DNA of 64,000 nucleotides from Flavobacteriia bacterium (GTDB lineage Bacteria > Bacteroidota > Bacteroidia > Flavobacteriales > Schleiferiaceae), in the NCBI GenBank assembly GCA_013373425.1, contig JABXHW010000007.1, forward strand, positions 3,429 to 67,428, read 5' to 3'. The notes under the pieces were generated by a model that was not told the DNA's origin, ran no database searches, and worked only from the letters and a program-made list of their open reading frames with translations. The translations under genes and the position numbers were made by a program. Below are positions 18,175-28,445 of the stretch, one piece after another (within the stretch, counting starts at the first letter, position 1; every line of letters starts with the position of its first letter).

Positions 18175-19123
18175 CCTTCAGCTTTCTATTTCTCCAATAG
18201 GTCGCTACTGTCAATCCTGATGGGATGTGCCAAATACCCCACCAAGCAGTGATTGCTGCCATTCCCCCAATCGTAAGTTCCGAAGGAAAGATGCTCGGAT
18301 TCAACAGTAGAACCAATCCCAATCCTGTGTTCTGAATGCCCATTTCGATGGAGATAGAACGTCGATCGCGTTGAGGAACGCCCCACAGTCTTCCCCAATT
18401 ATAGCCAGCCAAGAGCACCATTGAATTGTGCGCCAATACAATAAAGAAGATGGCTCCGATGAACTGCAAGAACAAATCAATATTCTTACTAAAAGCCACT
18501 CCGAGAATGGTCAGAAAGGCGAGTATACTCAACCAGCGCATGGGGGCATGCAGCTTGGCGACAAGCTTGGGTTGGTATTTCCTCAAGGCCATTCCCAGAA
18601 GTAGTGGAAGACCAAGTAGGAGGAATACAGATTTTCCGACCTCAATCGGGTCCATGGACAATTGTTGCAACAGCGGATTGTCGGCATTGCTCGTGAAGTG
18701 GGTATACAAACTTCCCCATCCCCAAAAAGTGAGCGGGGTGAGGAAGATCGATCCCAAGGTGCTGAAGGCGGTTAAGCCCACGCTCAGGGCGGAATTCCCT
18801 TTCGCCAAATGCACCATAAAGTTGGAGATGTTTCCACCTGGGCAACTGGCTACGAGTATCAACCCCATGGCCACACCGGCGGTAATGTATTGGTCGAGCG
18901 CCAGGATCATCAATAACGTAAGCGCAGGCAGGACAAGCCACTGTCCGGTAAGTCCAACCCAAACGGATTTAGGACGTTTCACGATGGCTTTGAAATCCTC
19001 GGTGTCGATACCTATGGCGACGCCAAACATGACGAAACCAAGGGTGAAATTGACAGCCGTTAAGCTCCCGGTGCTGAGGTTTAGGTCTACTGCATCGAGT
19101 GCTTCTAGAGCAGCGTTGGGCAT
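18167..19123 (-). CDS. Bile acid:sodium symporter (BASS) family transporter
   Basis: VMFGVA, ASCPGGNISN, SISIEMGIQNTGLG and WWGIWH motifs. Confidence 0.92.
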   Translation of the reverse strand: MPNAALEALDAVDLNLSTGSLTAVNFTLGFVMFGVAIGIDTEDFKAIVKRPKSVWVGLTGQWLVLPALTLLMILALDQYITAGVAMGLILVASCPGGNISNFMVHLAKGNSALSVGLTAFSTLGSIFLTPLTFWGWGSLYTHFTSNADNPLLQQLSMDPIEVGKSVFLLLGLPLLLGMALRKYQPKLVAKLHAPMRWLSILAFLTILGVAFSKNIDLFLQFIGAIFFIVLAHNSMVLLAGYNWGRLWGVPQRDRRSISIEMGIQNTGLGLVLLLNPSIFPSELTIGGMAAITAWWGIWHIPSGLTVATYWRNRKLKVE

Positions 19124-19184
19124 AGGGTTGCCGATTGGTTAAACAACCAAGTAAGCAACTTTCTGCTTTAACCGCAACTTTGAA

Positions 19185-20726
19185 TTACAATGGAATGTTG
19201 CCGTGCTTCTTCTTAGGGAGCTTTACTGCTTTGTTCTCGAGCATCTTAAATGCCTTGATGAGTTTTTCACGCGTTTGCTCTGGGATGATCACTTCATCCA
19301 CATAACCGCGTGCAGCAGCGCGATAAGGGTTGGCGAAATTATCCGCGTACTCCTTCTCCTTCTCAGCTAGCTTTGCTTCAGGATCCTCAGCGTTGGCGAT
19401 CTCTTTTCTAAAGATGATTTCCGCCGCGCCTTTGGCACCCATCACGGCAATCTCAGCGCTTGGCCAAGCAAAGTTCATGTCGGCTCCAATGTGCTTGGAG
19501 TTCATTACGTCATATGCTCCACCGTAAGCCTTACGGGTAATTACAGTGATGCGTGGAACGGTTGCTTCGCTGAATGCATAGAGAAGTTTCGCACCGTTCG
19601 TGATAATCGCATTCCATTCTTGATCGGTTCCTGGAAGGAATCCTGGAACGTCTTCGAATACCAAAAGTGGAATGTTGAAGCTATCGCAGAAGCGCACAAA
19701 GCGTGCACCTTTTTGAGACGATTTGATATCGAGTACACCGGCCAAGAAAGCAGGCTGATTCGCAACAACACCGATAGACTTACCGCCGAGGCGAGCAAAT
19801 CCAACTACAATGTTTTCGGCGAAATCTCTGTGAACTTCGTTGAAGGTTCCCTCATCAACAACCTCAGAAATCACCTCACGCATATCGTACGGTTGGTTGC
19901 TGTTGTCTGGAACGATGTCGTTCAACTTCGGACGCGACTCATCTCCACCTTCATAAGGAAGGGCAGGAGCGTCCTCTTCGCAGTTTTGAGGAACGTAAGA
20001 AAGAAGAGTTTTGATGCCTTCGATACAGGCTACTTCATTCTGGTATGTGAAGTGCGTAACTCCTGATTTAGAAGCATGAGCGCTAGCTCCACCGAGTTCC
20101 TCACTTGTCACTTCCTCGTGAGTAACGGTCTTAACAACGTTTGGTCCCGTTACGAACATGTAGCTCGTATTCTCGACCATCATGATGAAGTCTGTGAGGG
20201 CAGGCGAGTAAACCGCTCCACCCGCGCAAGGTCCCATAATCGCACTGATTTGTGGAACCACACCTGAAGCTTGTGTATTTCTGTAGAAGATGTCGGCATA
20301 GCCACCAAGAGAAACAACGCCCTCTTGGATACGCGCGCCACCTGAATCATTCAAACCAATCACAGGAGCACCATTGTCCATAGCGAGGTCCATAATGCGA
20401 CAAATCTTTTCAGCGTGCGCTTCTGCAAGTGATCCACCAAGAACGGTGAAATCCTGAGCAAACACATAGATCAATCGGCCATTTACGGTTCCGTATCCTG
20501 TTACAACTCCATCGCCGTAGAACTTCATTTTGTCCAATCCAAACAAGTTGGAACGGTGAGTTACAAGGGCGCCAATTTCTTCAAAAGAGCCTTTATCAAG
20601 TAGCAATTCAATTCGCTCTCTGGCGGTTAGCTTGCCTTTCTCGTGTTGGGCGGCAATTCGCTTTTCACCTCCGCCAAGTTTTGACTCTGCTTGAATCTTT
20701 CTCAGTTCGTTGAACTTCTCACTCAT
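19185..20726 (-). CDS. pccB: Acyl-CoA (propionyl-CoA-type) carboxylase beta subunit
   Basis: [37 protein letters not shown] and KKHGNIPL motifs. Confidence 0.93.
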   Translation of the reverse strand: MSEKFNELRKIQAESKLGGGEKRIAAQHEKGKLTARERIELLLDKGSFEEIGALVTHRSNLFGLDKMKFYGDGVVTGYGTVNGRLIYVFAQDFTVLGGSLAEAHAEKICRIMDLAMDNGAPVIGLNDSGGARIQEGVVSLGGYADIFYRNTQASGVVPQISAIMGPCAGGAVYSPALTDFIMMVENTSYMFVTGPNVVKTVTHEEVTSEELGGASAHASKSGVTHFTYQNEVACIEGIKTLLSYVPQNCEEDAPALPYEGGDESRPKLNDIVPDNSNQPYDMREVISEVVDEGTFNEVHRDFAENIVVGFARLGGKSIGVVANQPAFLAGVLDIKSSQKGARFVRFCDSFNIPLLVFEDVPGFLPGTDQEWNAIITNGAKLLYAFSEATVPRITVITRKAYGGAYDVMNSKHIGADMNFAWPSAEIAVMGAKGAAEIIFRKEIANAEDPEAKLAEKEKEYADNFANPYRAAARGYVDEVIIPEQTREKLIKAFKMLENKAVKLPKKKHGNIPL

Positions 20727-20759
20727 GGTAATAGAATTGTGGGGCGTGAAGATACGAAA

Positions 20760-20845
20760 AGGTGTTGAGGTTGGAAGGTTGTAGGTGCTCGGGTTGGTGG
20801 TGCTTACGTGCTAAGGTTGGTATGTGCTCAGGTGCTAAGGTTTTG
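20760..20845 (+). repeat. Degenerate 8-mer tandem array (AGGTGCTN/AGGTTGGN, about 11 units) upstream of the four-helix-bundle gene
   Basis: AGGTGTTG AGGTTGGA AGGTTGT AGGTGCTC GGGTTGGT GGTGCTT ACGTGCTA AGGTTGGT ATGTGCTC AGGTGCTA AGGTTTTG. Confidence 0.85.
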
Positions 20846-20912
20846 AAGATTGTTGATCGAGATTGGGAGGTGTAGAATTTGGTTCGCTTAACTTGATTGA
20901 AAAGTGAAAACC

Positions 20913-21290
20913 ATGGCGACCGTAAAGAATTATACGGAGTTGAATTGCTGGAAAGAGTCAAGACTACTAGTTCAATTGGTCTATTCTTATTCGAACAGGT
21001 TAGCTGAATTCAAACAGTTTAATTTGATTAATCAATTTGAAAGGGCCGCGGTTTCCGTAATGAACAATATTGCCGAAGGATTTGATCGATTGAGTCTAAA
21101 GGAAAAGATCAGGTTTCTCAATATTTCGGTATCAAGCGCTAATGAAGTCGATAGTATGACTTACATATTGCAAGACTTACAACTTCTCTCAGAATCTGAA
21201 GTAATGACCATACGAGAACAAGTGCGAATTACAAAGGCGAGAACATTGGCCTTCATCGTATACTTAAGGTCAAAGCTGAACACACGATAG
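20913..21290 (+). CDS. Four helix bundle protein (23S rRNA IVP / TIGR02436 family)
   Basis: Y.EL.CWKES...NQFERAAVSVMNNIAEGF.R....RFL.IS..SA.EV signature; oriented opposite to both neighbours. Confidence 0.92.
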   Translation: MATVKNYTELNCWKESRLLVQLVYSYSNRLAEFKQFNLINQFERAAVSVMNNIAEGFDRLSLKEKIRFLNISVSSANEVDSMTYILQDLQLLSESEVMTIREQVRITKARTLAFIVYLRSKLNTR

Positions 21291-21346
21291 TTAGCTCAAC
21301 AAGAACTCACACGGCCCGGTCAACTTGCTCATTTACTTGAGAGCGT

Positions 21347-21386
21347 TCCAACCTGAGCACCTGAGCACCCGAGCACCTCCCAACCT
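21347..21386 (-). repeat. 8-mer tandem array (5 units), inverted relative to 20760-20845
   Basis: Reverse complement reads AGGTTGGG AGGTGCTC GGGTGCTC AGGTGCTC AGGTTGGA; abuts the lepA stop codon. Confidence 0.88.
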
Positions 21387-23182
21387 TACTCATTCAACTT
21401 CAACACCGCCAAGAACGCCTGCTGTGGGATTTCCACGTTGCCGAGTTGACGCATGCGCTTCTTACCAGCTTTTTGCTTTTCGAGGAGTTTGCGCTTACGA
21501 GAGATGTCGCCACCGTAACACTTGGCGGTAACGTCTTTTCGGAGGGCAGATAGGGTTTCGCGGGCAACGATCTTCGCGCCGATGGCTGCCTGGATGGCAA
21601 TCATAAATTGCTGACGCGGGATGAGCTCCTTTAGCTTGTTACAGAGCTTTCTACCAATGTCTTGAGCTTTGCTCTTGTGGATGAGCGCGCTGAGGGCATC
21701 AACAGGCTCTGAGTTTAGAAGGATGTCCACTTTTACCAAATCCGACTGACGGTAACCAACAGGGTGATAGTCGAATGAAGCGTATCCCTTTGAAATAGTT
21801 TTCAATCGGTCGTAGAAGTCGAAAACGATTTCCGCCAAAGGCATATCGAATGTGAGTTCAACGCGATCTGCAGTGAGGTACGTCTGACCCACAATTTCTC
21901 CGCGCTTTTCAATACACAAGGTCATTACGGCACCGACGTAATCAGATTTAGTAATGATCTGAGCTTTGATATAAGGTTCCTCGATGTGACTCAAGATAGC
22001 CGGATCCGGGTAGTCACTCGGGTTGTTTACAATGAGTCGCTCATCTGGATTCTTCTTGGTATACGCATAGTACGATACGTTCGGAACCGTAGTAATCACG
22101 GTCATGTTGAACTCGCGCTCTAGACGTTCTTGGATGATCTCCATGTGAAGCATTCCCAAGAATCCACATCGGAAACCGAAGCCCAATGCAGCAGAAGTTT
22201 CTGCTTCAAATGTAAGGGAAGCGTCGTTCAATTGAAGCTTCTCCAGTGAAGCGCGAAGTTCTTCGAACTCCTCGGTGTCAACAGGATAAATACCTGCGTA
22301 AACCATCGGCTTCACTTCTTCAAAACCAGCAATAGCGGTAGTCGCAGGATTTTCTTTTGAGGTGATGGTATCACCCACCTTTACTTCTTTGGCTTCTTTG
22401 ATACCTGAAATGATGTACCCTACATCGCCTGCAGAAATCTCCTTCTTAGGATCTTTCACGAGTTTCAAGGTTCCAATTTCATCGGCATCGTATTCCTTGC
22501 CCGTGTTCATGAACTTTACACGCTGACCTTTCTTGATGGTACCGTTCTTCACACGGAAAATCGCCTCAATGCCGCGGAAAGAGTTGAATACACTGTCGAA
22601 GATAAGTGCTTGTAAAGGTGCGTGTACGTCACCTTCTGGAGCTGGAATACGATCTACAATCGCATCGAGGATATCACCTACACCTTCACCCGTTTTGGCT
22701 GAGGCAAGTAGGATGTCTTCGCGAGTACAGCCGATGAGGTCGATGATCTGATCACCTACTTCTTCAGGGTTCGAACTTGGAAGGTCGATTTTATTCAAGA
22801 TTGGAATAATCTCCAAATCGTGCTCAAGTGCCAAGTACAGGTTAGAAATCGTCTGTGCTTGGATGCCTTGAGTAGCATCTACGATGAGAAGTGCTCCTTC
22901 GCATGCGGCGATGGAGCGAGAAACTTCATAGCTGAAGTCAACGTGACCTGGAGTATCAATCAAGTTGAACTTGTAGGTCTCGTTGTTGTATTTGTGCTCC
23001 ATTTGAATGGCGTGGCTCTTAATGGTGATACCACGCTCGCGCTCCAAATCCATGTTGTCGAGAAGCTGGTTTTGCTTTTCTCGTTCAGTCACGGTTTGAG
23101 TCAAATCGAGCATTCGGTCGGCCAGGGTGCTTTTACCGTGGTCGATGTGTGCAATGATGCAAAAGTTGCGAATATTCTTCAT
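21386..23182 (-). CDS. lepA: Elongation factor 4
   Basis: [31 protein letters not shown] and [15 protein letters not shown] motifs. Confidence 0.99.
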   Translation of the reverse strand: MKNIRNFCIIAHIDHGKSTLADRMLDLTQTVTEREKQNQLLDNMDLERERGITIKSHAIQMEHKYNNETYKFNLIDTPGHVDFSYEVSRSIAACEGALLIVDATQGIQAQTISNLYLALEHDLEIIPILNKIDLPSSNPEEVGDQIIDLIGCTREDILLASAKTGEGVGDILDAIVDRIPAPEGDVHAPLQALIFDSVFNSFRGIEAIFRVKNGTIKKGQRVKFMNTGKEYDADEIGTLKLVKDPKKEISAGDVGYIISGIKEAKEVKVGDTITSKENPATTAIAGFEEVKPMVYAGIYPVDTEEFEELRASLEKLQLNDASLTFEAETSAALGFGFRCGFLGMLHMEIIQERLEREFNMTVITTVPNVSYYAYTKKNPDERLIVNNPSDYPDPAILSHIEEPYIKAQIITKSDYVGAVMTLCIEKRGEIVGQTYLTADRVELTFDMPLAEIVFDFYDRLKTISKGYASFDYHPVGYRQSDLVKVDILLNSEPVDALSALIHKSKAQDIGRKLCNKLKELIPRQQFMIAIQAAIGAKIVARETLSALRKDVTAKCYGGDISRKRKLLEKQKAGKKRMRQLGNVEIPQQAFLAVLKLNE

Positions 23183-23297
23183 CGTAATCCTTCAGCGTAT
23201 CTAAGTGCGCAAAAGTACATTTTTTAAAGGCTTAACGAAGAAATTACTTCGATGGTTCGGCACGAAGATTGAGTCAAATTACTCAAAATCAATTGCC

Positions 23298-23954
23298 ATG
23301 ATTAAACCTATATGCTACTTGCTCTCCATTGGACTCCTCTTCCAATCTTGTGCATCCTCAACAAATCATGCTGTCGATAGCCGATGGCGAGCCATCCCAA
23401 ACGAAGAGTCGCAACTCTCAAGTCCGTTCCACCGCGGAATTTCCTACGCTACTACCGAAGATTATATGCTTACTCTGCAAGTCTACAGTGTAACTTCTGC
23501 GAGCGAACAATTCACCGTAAACTTCATCAATAAGACCAATCATTGGGTGGATGTCAATCCCACTGATTTTTCAATGACCGTGGTAGGAGGAACGACCTCA
23601 AATAAATACTATCCGTTATCCGCTCAGCAATTGAATACCATCAACGAGAACCAGCGCGCAAACAGTGGCGCTCAAGGTTTCTTCTGGACATTGTTGATTG
23701 GCGGCGGACTCATTTGGCTAATGTCCACGGCAGATGGAGACCCATACGCCCTTCAAACCGGTCAGCTCGGAATGCCCGCTCCAGAGAGTATTTTAGGTCG
23801 ACCTGGCCAAATGCTATCCCCAAGTACGATTGCGCCCGGAGACACGCTTCAAGGGTCTCTCTATTTCAAAGCCATGCCGGCCAGCATGCGCACGATACAT
23901 TTTGAAGCACCTGGATTAGAGCCGTCTGAGCTCCAGCTGGAACGAGTGAATTAG
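23298..23954 (+). CDS. Hypothetical lipoprotein
   Basis: Lipobox LFQS-C after MIKPIC; internal hydrophobic Gly-rich segment; beta-rich remainder. Confidence 0.65.
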   Translation: MIKPICYLLSIGLLFQSCASSTNHAVDSRWRAIPNEESQLSSPFHRGISYATTEDYMLTLQVYSVTSASEQFTVNFINKTNHWVDVNPTDFSMTVVGGTTSNKYYPLSAQQLNTINENQRANSGAQGFFWTLLIGGGLIWLMSTADGDPYALQTGQLGMPAPESILGRPGQMLSPSTIAPGDTLQGSLYFKAMPASMRTIHFEAPGLEPSELQLERVN

Positions 23955-23968
23955 TTTACCTTCAAGGC

Positions 23969-24514
23969 ATGGTTGAACCGTCCTCTCGAAACACTTACTT
24001 AGCTGCCATCGAGCAATCTGGAATCTTACGTGATGTAGAAACACACCCGAGGGGCTATCGATTAATTCATCCCGGAGAAACGGAGCGGTATGTGTACTTC
24101 ATTGAGAGCGGTGCGTTCCGCGTTTTCTTCGAACATGAGGATGAAGAGTACATTACCCGATTGGCTTATTCCGGAGATTTGATTACCGCACTCGACAGTT
24201 TTCTCAAAGGTGGTCCGACCACTTTTTATATCGAAGCCCTGCGCTCTTCTAAAATCAAAAGGGCTCTCAAATCTGATTATCTCGAGTTGATTCATTCTAA
24301 CCCAAAACTCCAAGACATTTGGGAGGAGCTGCTCAATGATCTTGTATTCCAGCAATTGGAACGAGAGCGTGATTTGTTGATTCCATCGCCACAGGAGCGA
24401 TTCGATAGAGTCATGAGACGCAGTCCGAAACTTTTTGCCGAAGTGCCCCTGAAATACATCGCGGCGTATCTCCGAATGACCCCCGAAACACTTTCCCGGA
24501 TCATAAATTCTTGA
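23969..24514 (+). CDS. Crp/Fnr family transcriptional regulator
   Basis: cNMP-binding-like domain (YFIESGAFRVF, FYIEAL) and PLKYIAAYLRMTPETLSRI HTH. Confidence 0.92.
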   Translation: MVEPSSRNTYLAAIEQSGILRDVETHPRGYRLIHPGETERYVYFIESGAFRVFFEHEDEEYITRLAYSGDLITALDSFLKGGPTTFYIEALRSSKIKRALKSDYLELIHSNPKLQDIWEELLNDLVFQQLERERDLLIPSPQERFDRVMRRSPKLFAEVPLKYIAAYLRMTPETLSRIINS

Positions 24515-24527
24515 TTTCAATCAAGAA
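24508..24527. promoter_or_regulatory. FNR/CRP-type box TTCTTGAT-TTCA-ATCAAGAA upstream of the DinB gene
   Basis: Perfect 8-bp arms containing TTGAT-N4-ATCAA; overlaps the regulator's own stop codon. Confidence 0.8.
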
Positions 24528-24575
24528 CAGGTTGAAGGCCATGGTCCAATTTTGTCGGTATCAAACATCAAGCAT

Positions 24576-25118
24576 ATGAAAGTTAAGTCTGATATCCTTT
24601 TAACCGAATTGGAGAGGATGGTGAAAAGCCACATTGCAAGGGTCCAGTCGTATTTAGACATGAATGCTTCCACCCTCAACAAGAAGCCTTCACCTGAATC
24701 TTGGAGTGCCCTGGAGTGTTTCGAACACCTCAATAGATATGGCCGATTCTATTTACCAGAAATTGAGAATCGAATTCAGTCGGCCACTCCGGCAAAGGGA
24801 ACTCAATTCAAGAGTTCTTGGCTAGGGGAGTACTTCGCTCAGAGCATGCTTCCAAAAGAGAAGCTAAACAAGATGAATACCTTCAAGAACATGAACCCAG
24901 CAGGGAGTAACTTGAGTGTATCAGCGGTAGAAGAGTTTATCGAACAGCAGAACAGAATGCTTCGACTACTTCACAATGCACGTCAAGTGGATTTGAAGAA
25001 GGTCAAGACGAGCATATCTATTTCAAAGTGGATTAAACTGCGACTAGGAGATACGTTTAGAGTAGTTATCTATCACAACTTGCGTCACCTTGAACAGGCC
25101 AAACGCGCCATTCAATAA
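24576..25118 (+). CDS. DinB family protein
   Basis: WSALECFEHL and YHNLRHLEQA His motifs. Confidence 0.9.
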   Translation: MKVKSDILLTELERMVKSHIARVQSYLDMNASTLNKKPSPESWSALECFEHLNRYGRFYLPEIENRIQSATPAKGTQFKSSWLGEYFAQSMLPKEKLNKMNTFKNMNPAGSNLSVSAVEEFIEQQNRMLRLLHNARQVDLKKVKTSISISKWIKLRLGDTFRVVIYHNLRHLEQAKRAIQ

Positions 25119-25152
25119 AAAGAAAACCCCGCTCGAATCCGAACGGGGTTTA
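25119..25152. terminator. Bidirectional terminator between the DinB and S46 peptidase genes
   Basis: AAACCCCG..CGGGGTTT stem with A/T-rich flanks. Confidence 0.75.
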
Positions 25153-25172
25153 TCATTTGATATAGGTTGTCG

Positions 25173-27326
25173 TTAGAAGATTCCGAGGAACTTCTTACGT
25201 GGGTAAACCAAGTCCATTTCATCCACCAAGTGACCTGCACCTGCGTACTTGTCAACGATGAAGAGAACGTAGCGAATATCAACTGAGATAGTTCTCTGAA
25301 GATCTTGTTCAAAGAAGATATCACCGCTCATTGCTTCCCAGTTTCCGTCGAACGCACAGCCAATTAATTCGCCGTCGCCGTTGATCACAGGGCTACCAGA
25401 GTTACCTCCAGTAATATCGTTGTTGCTGATGAATCCTACTGGCAATTCGCCGTTTGCGTTGGCATACTGACCGTAGTCTTTGTTGTTGTAAAGCTCAACT
25501 AGGCGAGCTGGAACGATGAATTCACGGTCGGTGTTGTCCATCTTCTCCATCACACCTTCAAGAGTAGTGTAGTGGTTGTACATCACACCATCGCGTGGCT
25601 CATAAGCGAGTACGTTACCGTAAGTAACACGCATAGTAGAGTTCGCATCAGGAGCGAAGTCGCGCTCTGGGTGCATCTCACGAATACCGGCAGTCCATAG
25701 ACGGTAGCCTTCAGCGAGTTTAGCTTCAGCACTAGCCGTTGCTCGAAGGGTGCCGATGTATGCGCCCAAAAGACCGTTGGCAACAGTCATCATTGGATCT
25801 TCAGCGAGAGGAGACTGCTCTTCAGCGTTGATCCAAGCTTCCAAACGCTTCTCGTCGGTAAGTGCAGAATTGTCGAATACATAATCTGCATACGCGTTGA
25901 AGTCACCACCAAATGCAGTGTCTACAGTTGTGAAGAAGTCAGGGTGAAGCTCTGAGTCGATGTTCTCGTTGAACAGTGCGAGCAACGCTCCCATCAAACG
26001 ACGGTCTGTTGGCAAGTGCGACTCTTCAAAGTGACCATCTGCCATTGCTGAAAGTTCCTCATTGTCGTTGCCTCTGTTGACTGCATTGTTGAATTGGTAA
26101 GCGAACAATGCGCTGCTGATACCCGTCAATCCTGCTTCCAAAGAGTATACTTCTAGCTCAACGAAACGAGCTCTTTCCGCATATCCTTCTTCCAAAAGTG
26201 TAAGCGTCTGTCCGTATTTTTCGCGGCGTGCAGGGTCAGCTGCAACCCACTCGCTGAATTCAGCTTCCATGGCTTGCTTCTTAGCCAATACATCGTTGTT
26301 GATCAACTGCTCAGTTTGACCCAAAAAGTACTTCCAATAGTTTGCTACTGAAGCGTAATCTGAAGCGAGAAGGAGGTCTACTGCCTCGTCTGCGTCCATT
26401 GCTTCACGCATGATAGAAAGACGCAAGTCGCGTACTTCTACAATAGCTGGGTGGTGAAGGTCGATGGCTTCTTGAACACCGAAAGATGAAAGGTATCGGT
26501 CGGTTGATCCAGGGTAGCCGAAGATCATCGCGTAGTCGCCTTCGTTGCGCTCCTTCATAGAAATAGGGAGGTGGTGACGTGGCTCCAATGGAACGTTAGC
26601 TGCGTCGTATTCAGCAGGCTCACCATTAGCACCCATGTAAACACGGAACATGGTGAAGTCACCAGTGTGACGTGGCCACATCCAGTTGTCGGTATCGCCA
26701 CCGAACTTACCTACACTGCTTGGAGGAGCTCCTACCAAACGAATGTCACGGTATACTTGATAGTTGAAAAGGTAGAACTCGTTTCCGTGATAGAAGCTTT
26801 CAACAGCTGCTTCGTAGAAACGGTCGTTTTTACCTTCCATCGCTTCGTCTTGAATCTTTTGGATTTCAGCAGCGATTGCTTCTTCTCTTTCACCTTCAGA
26901 CATCTCGTCGTTTACAACCGCAAGTACACGATCGGTTACGTCCGACATGTTGAGGAGGAAGCGAACATAAAGACCTTCATTTGGAAGTTCTTGTGTTTTG
27001 TCCATTGCCCAGAAGCCATCACGTAGATAGTTGTCATCTACGGTAGAGTGACCACGAACATAGTCGTAACCACAGTGGTGGTTGGTCAATAGTAGACCTT
27101 GAGATGAGATAATCTCACCTGTACAGAAACCGCCACCCATAGATACAATCGCGTCCTTAAGACTCGCATTGTTGATGTCGTACAATTGCTCTTCTGTAAG
27201 ATTGAGGCCGTGCTCCTTCATGTCTTCATAGGTGCGGCCTAGATACATTGGCAACCACATGCCTTCTCCTGCGATAGAAACAAGAGATACCATGATTGCA
27301 CCAATGGTAAGTATGAACTTCTTCAT
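25173..27326 (-). CDS. S46 family dipeptidyl peptidase (DPP7-like)
   Basis: GEGMWLP, TNHHC, DTDNWMWPRHTGDF and DITGGNSGSP motifs; FDGNWE (Gly at the S1 position, as in DPP7 rather than DPP11 FDRNWE). Confidence 0.93.
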   Translation of the reverse strand: MKKFILTIGAIMVSLVSIAGEGMWLPMYLGRTYEDMKEHGLNLTEEQLYDINNASLKDAIVSMGGGFCTGEIISSQGLLLTNHHCGYDYVRGHSTVDDNYLRDGFWAMDKTQELPNEGLYVRFLLNMSDVTDRVLAVVNDEMSEGEREEAIAAEIQKIQDEAMEGKNDRFYEAAVESFYHGNEFYLFNYQVYRDIRLVGAPPSSVGKFGGDTDNWMWPRHTGDFTMFRVYMGANGEPAEYDAANVPLEPRHHLPISMKERNEGDYAMIFGYPGSTDRYLSSFGVQEAIDLHHPAIVEVRDLRLSIMREAMDADEAVDLLLASDYASVANYWKYFLGQTEQLINNDVLAKKQAMEAEFSEWVAADPARREKYGQTLTLLEEGYAERARFVELEVYSLEAGLTGISSALFAYQFNNAVNRGNDNEELSAMADGHFEESHLPTDRRLMGALLALFNENIDSELHPDFFTTVDTAFGGDFNAYADYVFDNSALTDEKRLEAWINAEEQSPLAEDPMMTVANGLLGAYIGTLRATASAEAKLAEGYRLWTAGIREMHPERDFAPDANSTMRVTYGNVLAYEPRDGVMYNHYTTLEGVMEKMDNTDREFIVPARLVELYNNKDYGQYANANGELPVGFISNNDITGGNSGSPVINGDGELIGCAFDGNWEAMSGDIFFEQDLQRTISVDIRYVLFIVDKYAGAGHLVDEMDLVYPRKKFLGIF

Positions 27327-27358
27327 AATAGAATTTTCCTTGATTTTACTCGTGCGAG

Positions 27359-27366
27359 CAAATATA
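27359..27366 (-). promoter_or_regulatory. -7 promoter element (TATATTTG) for the S46 peptidase
   Basis: Exact TAnnTTTG about 30 nt upstream of the ATG. Confidence 0.7.
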
Positions 27367-27411
27367 AAGAACAGAGGCTTTCAAAAAGGTGTTTGATGTT
27401 GCGAGTTTGAG

Positions 27412-27556
27412 ATACGTGAACACGGATGCACGTGAGCACGTAGGCACTTCAGCCCACATACCTCTTGGTGATAACAGCCCGTGCAAGTGAACATATCGTT
27501 TGCAGCCCAAGTATCCAGTATCCAGTATCCAGTATTGAGTATCAGTATCCAGTATT
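27412..27556 (+). repeat. Composite repeat element, copy 1: 8-mer array + 37-bp core + 7-mer array
   Basis: GCACGTRR-type units 27412-27447; core 27472-27508; CAGTATY-type units (about 7) 27509-27556. Confidence 0.85.
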
Positions 27557-28345
27557 ACTAGCTATCTTCTTGGTCCCAACTTTATATATCGAGTCCCAAA
27601 GCTGAAGTCGAGCTTCTAACGCTTCAACGCATGCTTCCTCAGCCTCAAGCCATTTGCTTTCGTCGTTACCGCAGAGCTCGGTGATCATCTTCAGAGCCAT
27701 AGGACCGTGCTCGTCGCCATCGAGTTCAATGTGACGATCGAGGTAATAGACGAAGGCATCTAATTGTCCAGGGAATTTGGCGTGGAGCTCTTTCACGATT
27801 TCAGTGAACATGTCCGGAATCAAGTCTTCTCTCCCAAAGGTAAAAGCCGCCGCCATCTCGTGGGTTTTGCCACGTTTGATGATGGTGTGATTGGCACGAA
27901 GGAATTCGAGAACTCCCTCTTCAATTTCAGCCAAATTGTACTTGAGAATATCCTTCAACTTGAAGCGACGATTTACCGTCTTCAAAAAGTGAATGATAGG
28001 TCGTGTATTCGCCCCAGCCTGACGCATGGCATCCATGTACAGCTCATAATGACTTGCTGGGTTTCCCGCCGCATCTTCATCGCTTTCCTCGGCTAAGACA
28101 ATTTCGTTGATCAACCGGCGAGCCAACTTGCTCTCGGTTGGAACCCAGGCTTCGTCAACTGAAGTGAGTCGAATTTGAAGTGCCTTCAACAAACTCATAA
28201 AATCCCAAACTGCGAAAATGTGGTACTCCATGAAGCGCTTGAGGTCTTCAATGTCATTTAGGGCCTCGTATAGAGGGTGCTCTAGGATTTGTTTTCTGAG
28301 AGGTTCAATTCTTCGCTCAATGGCGATGATGTGTGAATCTTTCAT
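27542..28345 (-). CDS. DUF3050 family protein (heme oxygenase-like fold)
   Basis: FMEYHIFAVWDFMSLLK.LQ, EIVLAEESD, SHYELY, FTFGREDLIP and YLDRHIELDGDEHGP motifs. Confidence 0.88.
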   Translation of the reverse strand: MKDSHIIAIERRIEPLRKQILEHPLYEALNDIEDLKRFMEYHIFAVWDFMSLLKALQIRLTSVDEAWVPTESKLARRLINEIVLAEESDEDAAGNPASHYELYMDAMRQAGANTRPIIHFLKTVNRRFKLKDILKYNLAEIEEGVLEFLRANHTIIKRGKTHEMAAAFTFGREDLIPDMFTEIVKELHAKFPGQLDAFVYYLDRHIELDGDEHGPMALKMITELCGNDESKWLEAEEACVEALEARLQLWDSIYKVGTKKIASNTGY

Positions 28346-28393
28346 GGGGATTAAAGGACTTGGGGGAATCTAAAGGCTCAGGTAGGGGCGAGT

Positions 28394-28445
28394 CTCGTTA
28401 CTCGAAACCAGTTACCCGTCACTCGCAACTCGTTACTCGCTACTC
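28394..28445 (+). repeat. 7-mer tandem array CTCGNNA (7 units)
   Basis: CTCGTTA CTCGAAA CCAGTTA CCCGTCA CTCGCAA CTCGTTA CTCGCTA; contains the DUF2480 stop codon. Confidence 0.85.

Noticed and set aside
18426-19142. Long antisense or alternative-frame ORFs (this 238-aa one, also 8084-8686, 19491-20066, 49262-49867 and similar)
   Set aside because: They shadow well-supported genes on the opposite strand and have no motifs or signal features.
20904-21290. Diversity-generating retroelement, suggested by the Avd-like four-helix-bundle fold
   Set aside because: No reverse transcriptase and no TR/VR pair with adenine-specific mismatches anywhere in the window.
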